Assembly: GCA_002269645.1 (NCBI GenBank)
Contig: NIVC01000070.1
Span: 186,001 to 250,000 of the forward strand
Source: Macrostomum lignano
Lineage: Eukaryota
Length of the DNA: 64,000 nt
Direction of reading: 5' to 3'
The notes under the pieces are model-generated. The model made no database searches. It was given only the letters and a program-made list of their open reading frames with translations, and was not told the origin of the DNA. How positions within the stretch are numbered: position 1 is the first letter of the stretch; each line of letters starts with the position of its first letter. A program made the position numbers and the translations under genes. Of this stretch, positions 59,717 to 64,000 are shown one piece after another.

Positions 59717-62700
59717 CTATGGGTCTCTTTGCGGATTCATGCCAATATAGTCGTAGTAGTCGTCCTCATTGGGATTCTTCTGTGCAGCGTTGTCAGCTTC
59801 CAGATAGTAGTCCTCTTTAATCTGAAGGAATGATATTTAGGATTTTACTGAAAGCCGTGGTCGAGATGACAAAATATGTAGGAAATATTTTTATGATAGT
59901 TACATCTCCCGCTGACGTTGTCCCAGGTGCATATGGACCGGCGCTGCCCTGCAATTTTTGTTAAAGATAAACGAAATTCAAGTAGTTTCTATTAGGATAT
60001 TTTAGTGAAGTGCGGGAGTGCACGACAGCCGAAATCATTGTAAGGTTCTTACCTCAGTATAAGAATTTGTGTGAGTTTTGGATCGCTTCAGGTTCTGAAG
60101 ATACTGAAATGATCAATATACAATGTCAAATGGTGTAAAAAATTGATTTACTAATGAACTTAAAGCATCACTTCATAATTTCTCAAAACCTTGTGGATGA
60201 CAATTCCAACTATTGCAGCAGTAAATGCAATCGCACCCGAGGGAACAGCGATTGCTAAGGCGATAATATAAGTCGGAAGAGATTCTGTCGGCTCTGAAAA
60301 ATCAGGAATGAATCGATTTGTGTAATTTTGCAAAGATATTTACCAAAAAATAAAAACCCTATATAGGAGTGTGCATGTACGCAAACATTAAAATCTTTTC
60401 ACTTTAACGGATTTTGTTTGAAATGAATCTCCCACCCGTTTGTGACCGTTTGCCAGTTGCTGTCGACTCCGGAGCAGAGCTGGTATCTGATACAATTTTT
60501 GCAGTTGCTGGCGAACTTGGGCTGCTGACAACAGCGCGCGCTGTGGTTGCTGACGTCTGCTTTGAACTGGTTGCTGTCGGTTCTGCAGATATGTCAATAA
60601 CATTTGTTGCGGGTAATACATTGTAACGCTCACCATCTTGAAGAGAACTTAAACAAAAAGAATATTTAAAAGTAATTTCCTACCCGTTTGTGACCGTTTG
60701 CCAGTTGTTGTCGACTCCGGAGCAGAGCTGGTATCTGATACGATTTTTGTAGTTGCCGGCGAACTTGAGCTGCTGACAACAGTGCGCGCTGTGCTTGATG
60801 AAGTCTGTTTCGAACTAGTTGTTGCTGGTTCTGTGGATATTTCAAGAACATTCGCTACAAGTAATCCGTCGTGACACTTACCGTATTGCAGAGAACGTAA
60901 ACAGAAATTGTTTGAAATGAATTGCCTACCAGTTTGTGACAGTTTACCAGTTGTTGTCGACTCCAAAGCAGAGCTGGTATCTGATACGATTTTTGCAGTT
61001 GCTGGCGAACTTGGACTGCTGACAACAGCGCGTGCAGTGCTTGAGGAAGTCTGTTTTGAACTGGTTGTTGCTGCTTCTGCGGATACATTTATTTCAGGAG
61101 CATTAGTTACGATTGAATAATGCATCGTAGCACTCACCATATCTCAGAGAACATTAAGCAATACATTTTAACGCACCAACACTATTACCAACGCTGTACT
61201 GCAACCGAAAACCAAGTCCTTTGTTACTACTTCCAGCAGCATTTCCAGTGGTGAAAACCACTGTCAAGATGTTTGACACAGACAAAAACTTTGTAGGCCA
61301 TGTGGTGGCGCCACCTTGAATTGTGACTAATTCGGTGTCGTCTGACCCTTCGTACAAAGCAATAGAGTCAGAGTTTGACGTCAAGTTCAAGTAGATCAAG
61401 TTAGCTGAGATTTGAATTCCAGGTTTACCGACAAACTGCCATTTGCATGACATTCCTCTTATGTAAGGCAATGCACCTGCGCCTTGGTGGCTGCTGATCT
61501 CACCACTGCCATCGGTTATCAGCTTGTAGCTTTCGCAAACTGAAGTAATTTTACAAAGCATATCATCTTTGAACTGAATCAGTACACGTACAATCTATAT
61601 TAAACATGTGTTGTATTTTCCCGCTTCCGTCTGTGCGGACAGCATACGGGATGATCTGGGTTAGGGTACTGGACTGCCCAGGGGGTCTTTCTGCCTAGGT
61701 GTGAGAGCGAAGACCCTCTGAGTCGTACAGAAAGCCTACTGAAACTCGTCCAGCCCTACGACAAGAGGGAGGTGCGAATGATAAGGCTACCACTCAGCAG
61801 CACCAGAGAGCTGGACACTTTTGTGGAGGCTACAGACGCTTCGCATGCTCGAGTGAAGACTGTGAGGGGAAGAAAGAATTTAGAAGGAGATAGAAAAATA
61901 AACGAAGAGCATAACGCTTTGTCTTACCGGGATAGCTGACTTCGTTTCGCTTCTATATTTCTAATAAATATTTCATTTTCCTTTCACTAACTTAAGCATG
62001 CGAAGGGTTAGAGGATAGAAAGAGAGCAGGGGGCGAGAGCCGGGTGTGTATATGCTCGTAAATACTGCAACCGGTGGGGTGAGAGGGTGGAATGAGAAAG
62101 GGGCTGAGTGGGGCTAAGCCATGTGGTGGCTGGAAGTGGGAGGGAAAACTCACTGAGTTGAAGGGTGAGAGAGAGAGAAGGGGGAAGGCTAGCAAATCAG
62201 TGCCTCTGCGGCTAGAGACCTGATTGGACGAGCCCAAACGAGAGAGAAACGGAAAGGGAACAGCAACAAGAAAACCAAAGGACAACAAGAATTGCAGCTT
62301 TAAGATGAGGGACGGACCAGAATGAACAAGCGGCAGGGAGAGGAGCGGCAGGCTGTACATGTACATGTACGACCGTGAGTACGTTTAAACATTCTCGAAG
62401 ACACATTTTAGCAGATCCGAATGTACACAAAACTCACAGGTATCTGAAGCTTCGTATTTCATCTTGATTCCGAGTGATTGGCTGCTATATGGAATACGCA
62501 GATACACGGTCAAGACGTTTTCTGTCGTTATGAAATCCCGCGTGGTGTCCGAGAAGCTGCTCTCGAGGGTAGCCAGAACTGTTGAGCGATAGGCTCCGTC
62601 ATACAGAGTGACGCTATCATAACGGGAAGTTAGGTTAAAAAAGGTAAAACGAGCCACCACTCGCTTTGAGGGAGAGACTCTGATCACCCAGTAGCAGTCC

Positions 62701-64000
62701 GAGCTGATCAAGAAGCCCATAGTTCCTGCAGACGAGTGGCTGACCAGCTCTCCAGTGTCGTTGGTCAGGAGCTCCGTGCCTTGACAGACTGGTGGTAAGT
62801 ATAGGTCAATAAAAATATCAAAGCGCTGCTTCATGGTGAAAAATGAACTCTTTTCAAGACTGTGACGTGTCTGCATCAATAGTGTAAGCGGTACAAGCGG
62901 ACATGTACATGAATCTATCATTGGGCATTGCAACACGTTTTACAATTTTAACTAATCAAAACTCAGTTTATGAGCCAAAACTTAAGACGAGATTAGATTG
63001 CGCTTGTTTGTCAAAAATGTAGTTACAACTGTAAGCTTTGCTCACATTTTTCGGTTGTGTTGTACTTCACCCCGAAGCCAGAGCCTGTTCCACCCGACGT
63101 GAAATATACAAGCATCGCATTTGACTGTGAAACGAAAACTCTTGAACTGACAATCTGAAATTCACTCCGTCCGTAGTATCTTGCGATGTATGGTGAGCCT
63201 CGAATTCCTTCAGATATGCTGACATAGTCATTGGGGTAGAGGCTGAATGATGTAATGTGAGCCACTACACTGTATCCCAATGGCGCGGTAATGGTCCAGT
63301 AGCATATCATACGTCTCAAATAGTTAGGGGATGATGAGTTCACATGGGCGAAAAACTTGCCTTGGCTGGCTTGAAGAATTTTCCGACCATCACAGACTGG
63401 AAACTGAAAGAATGATAGGTTTTTTCTATCGTGTATGTCCTCTAATCCTCTGAATAAACTCTAACTTACAGTTCTCCGCAATGCTGTATCGCATTCGAAA
63501 GCCGTAGGAATGCCAAGTGGCATCTGTTGTGAACCGGACCCTCATGCTGTTTGTGATGGACCGGTATCCGACCTCTGTCGGAATAGAAGTGCCGCTGACC
63601 AAAGTGTTTGAACCACTGAGACCATCGTATAATGTCACTCTGTCGTACGAATACCCGTGACTCGACAGTTTGTTACTAGTAAACCAGGCGATTACTTGCT
63701 TGCCTGGCGACACAGAAATTTGCCAATTGCATGTCATAGAGTGCAAATAGTGCGTTGTTCCAGCATTGGTGTGAGTAACCACTTCACCGTTGTCGGAGTC
63801 CCATTTCTGAACGCTTGGGCAAGCTAAAATGAAACGTATGATTTAGAAAACAAAGTAAAGTTTCTTAATGGGTTTTAATCGTAGTGCATTAGAGAAATTC
63901 CCCAAACCTTGCTCGTAGTAAAACTGAATAGAGAATCCGATTGATTCATGAAGATTGTCAGTTGTAAACGAAATATGCGCGTCTCCTGTTGTCACCCAGT
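59717..64000 (-). CDS. Gene 1 (5' end outside window): at least 5 CUB domains, three S/T-rich exons, TM and Tyr-containing cytoplasmic tail
   Basis: Exons >64000-63908, 63823-63470, 63396-63046, 62788-62438, 61539-~61189 (CUB); 61076-60930, 60830-60684, 60582-60436 (S/T); 60293-60190 (TM); 60094-60053; 59948-59904; 59821-59717 (TAG). All GT-AG and in frame. Confidence 0.82.

Noticed and set aside
61610-61900. Possible hammerhead ribozyme or Penelope remnant
   Set aside because: No CUGANGA core correctly placed relative to GAAA on either strand.

Overview
Eukaryotic (invertebrate-animal-like) genomic DNA with GT-AG introns, dominated by repeats. All coordinates were read by eye, and array and repeat edges are approximate. 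(1) ~130-9745: a 21-nt-monomer satellite with layered higher-order repeats. (2) ~10.4-24.3 kb: a head-to-tail chain of four diverged non-autonomous Helitron-like elements (5'-TC, 3' hairpin+CTAG). Each carries its own central minisatellite, and a tRNA-derived SINE is inserted in the first. (3) 28728-45264: a Polinton/Maverick (adintovirus-like endogenous virus) with ~457-bp TIRs, AGTAG...CTACT ends and a 6-bp TSD (TCCCTG), inside a ~465-bp intron of a multi-CUB gene. It encodes a frameshifted pPolB, a retroviral-type integrase, a packaging ATPase, an adenain-like protease, a minor capsid remnant, a PLA2-domain protein, an adenovirus pX-like protein and a hydrophobic protein with stacked P(T/S)AP motifs. 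A Gypsy LTR fragment plus a deletion has removed the major capsid gene. (4) 49528-51853: a 5'-truncated RT-RNase H non-LTR retrotransposon flanked by an apparently identical 310-bp direct duplication. (5) Three minus-strand host genes for cell-surface or secreted proteins: CUBx5+/mucin/TM/Tyr-tail, signal/EGFx2/TM, and signal/CUBx4. No database searches were run; family assignments rest on recognisable motifs.
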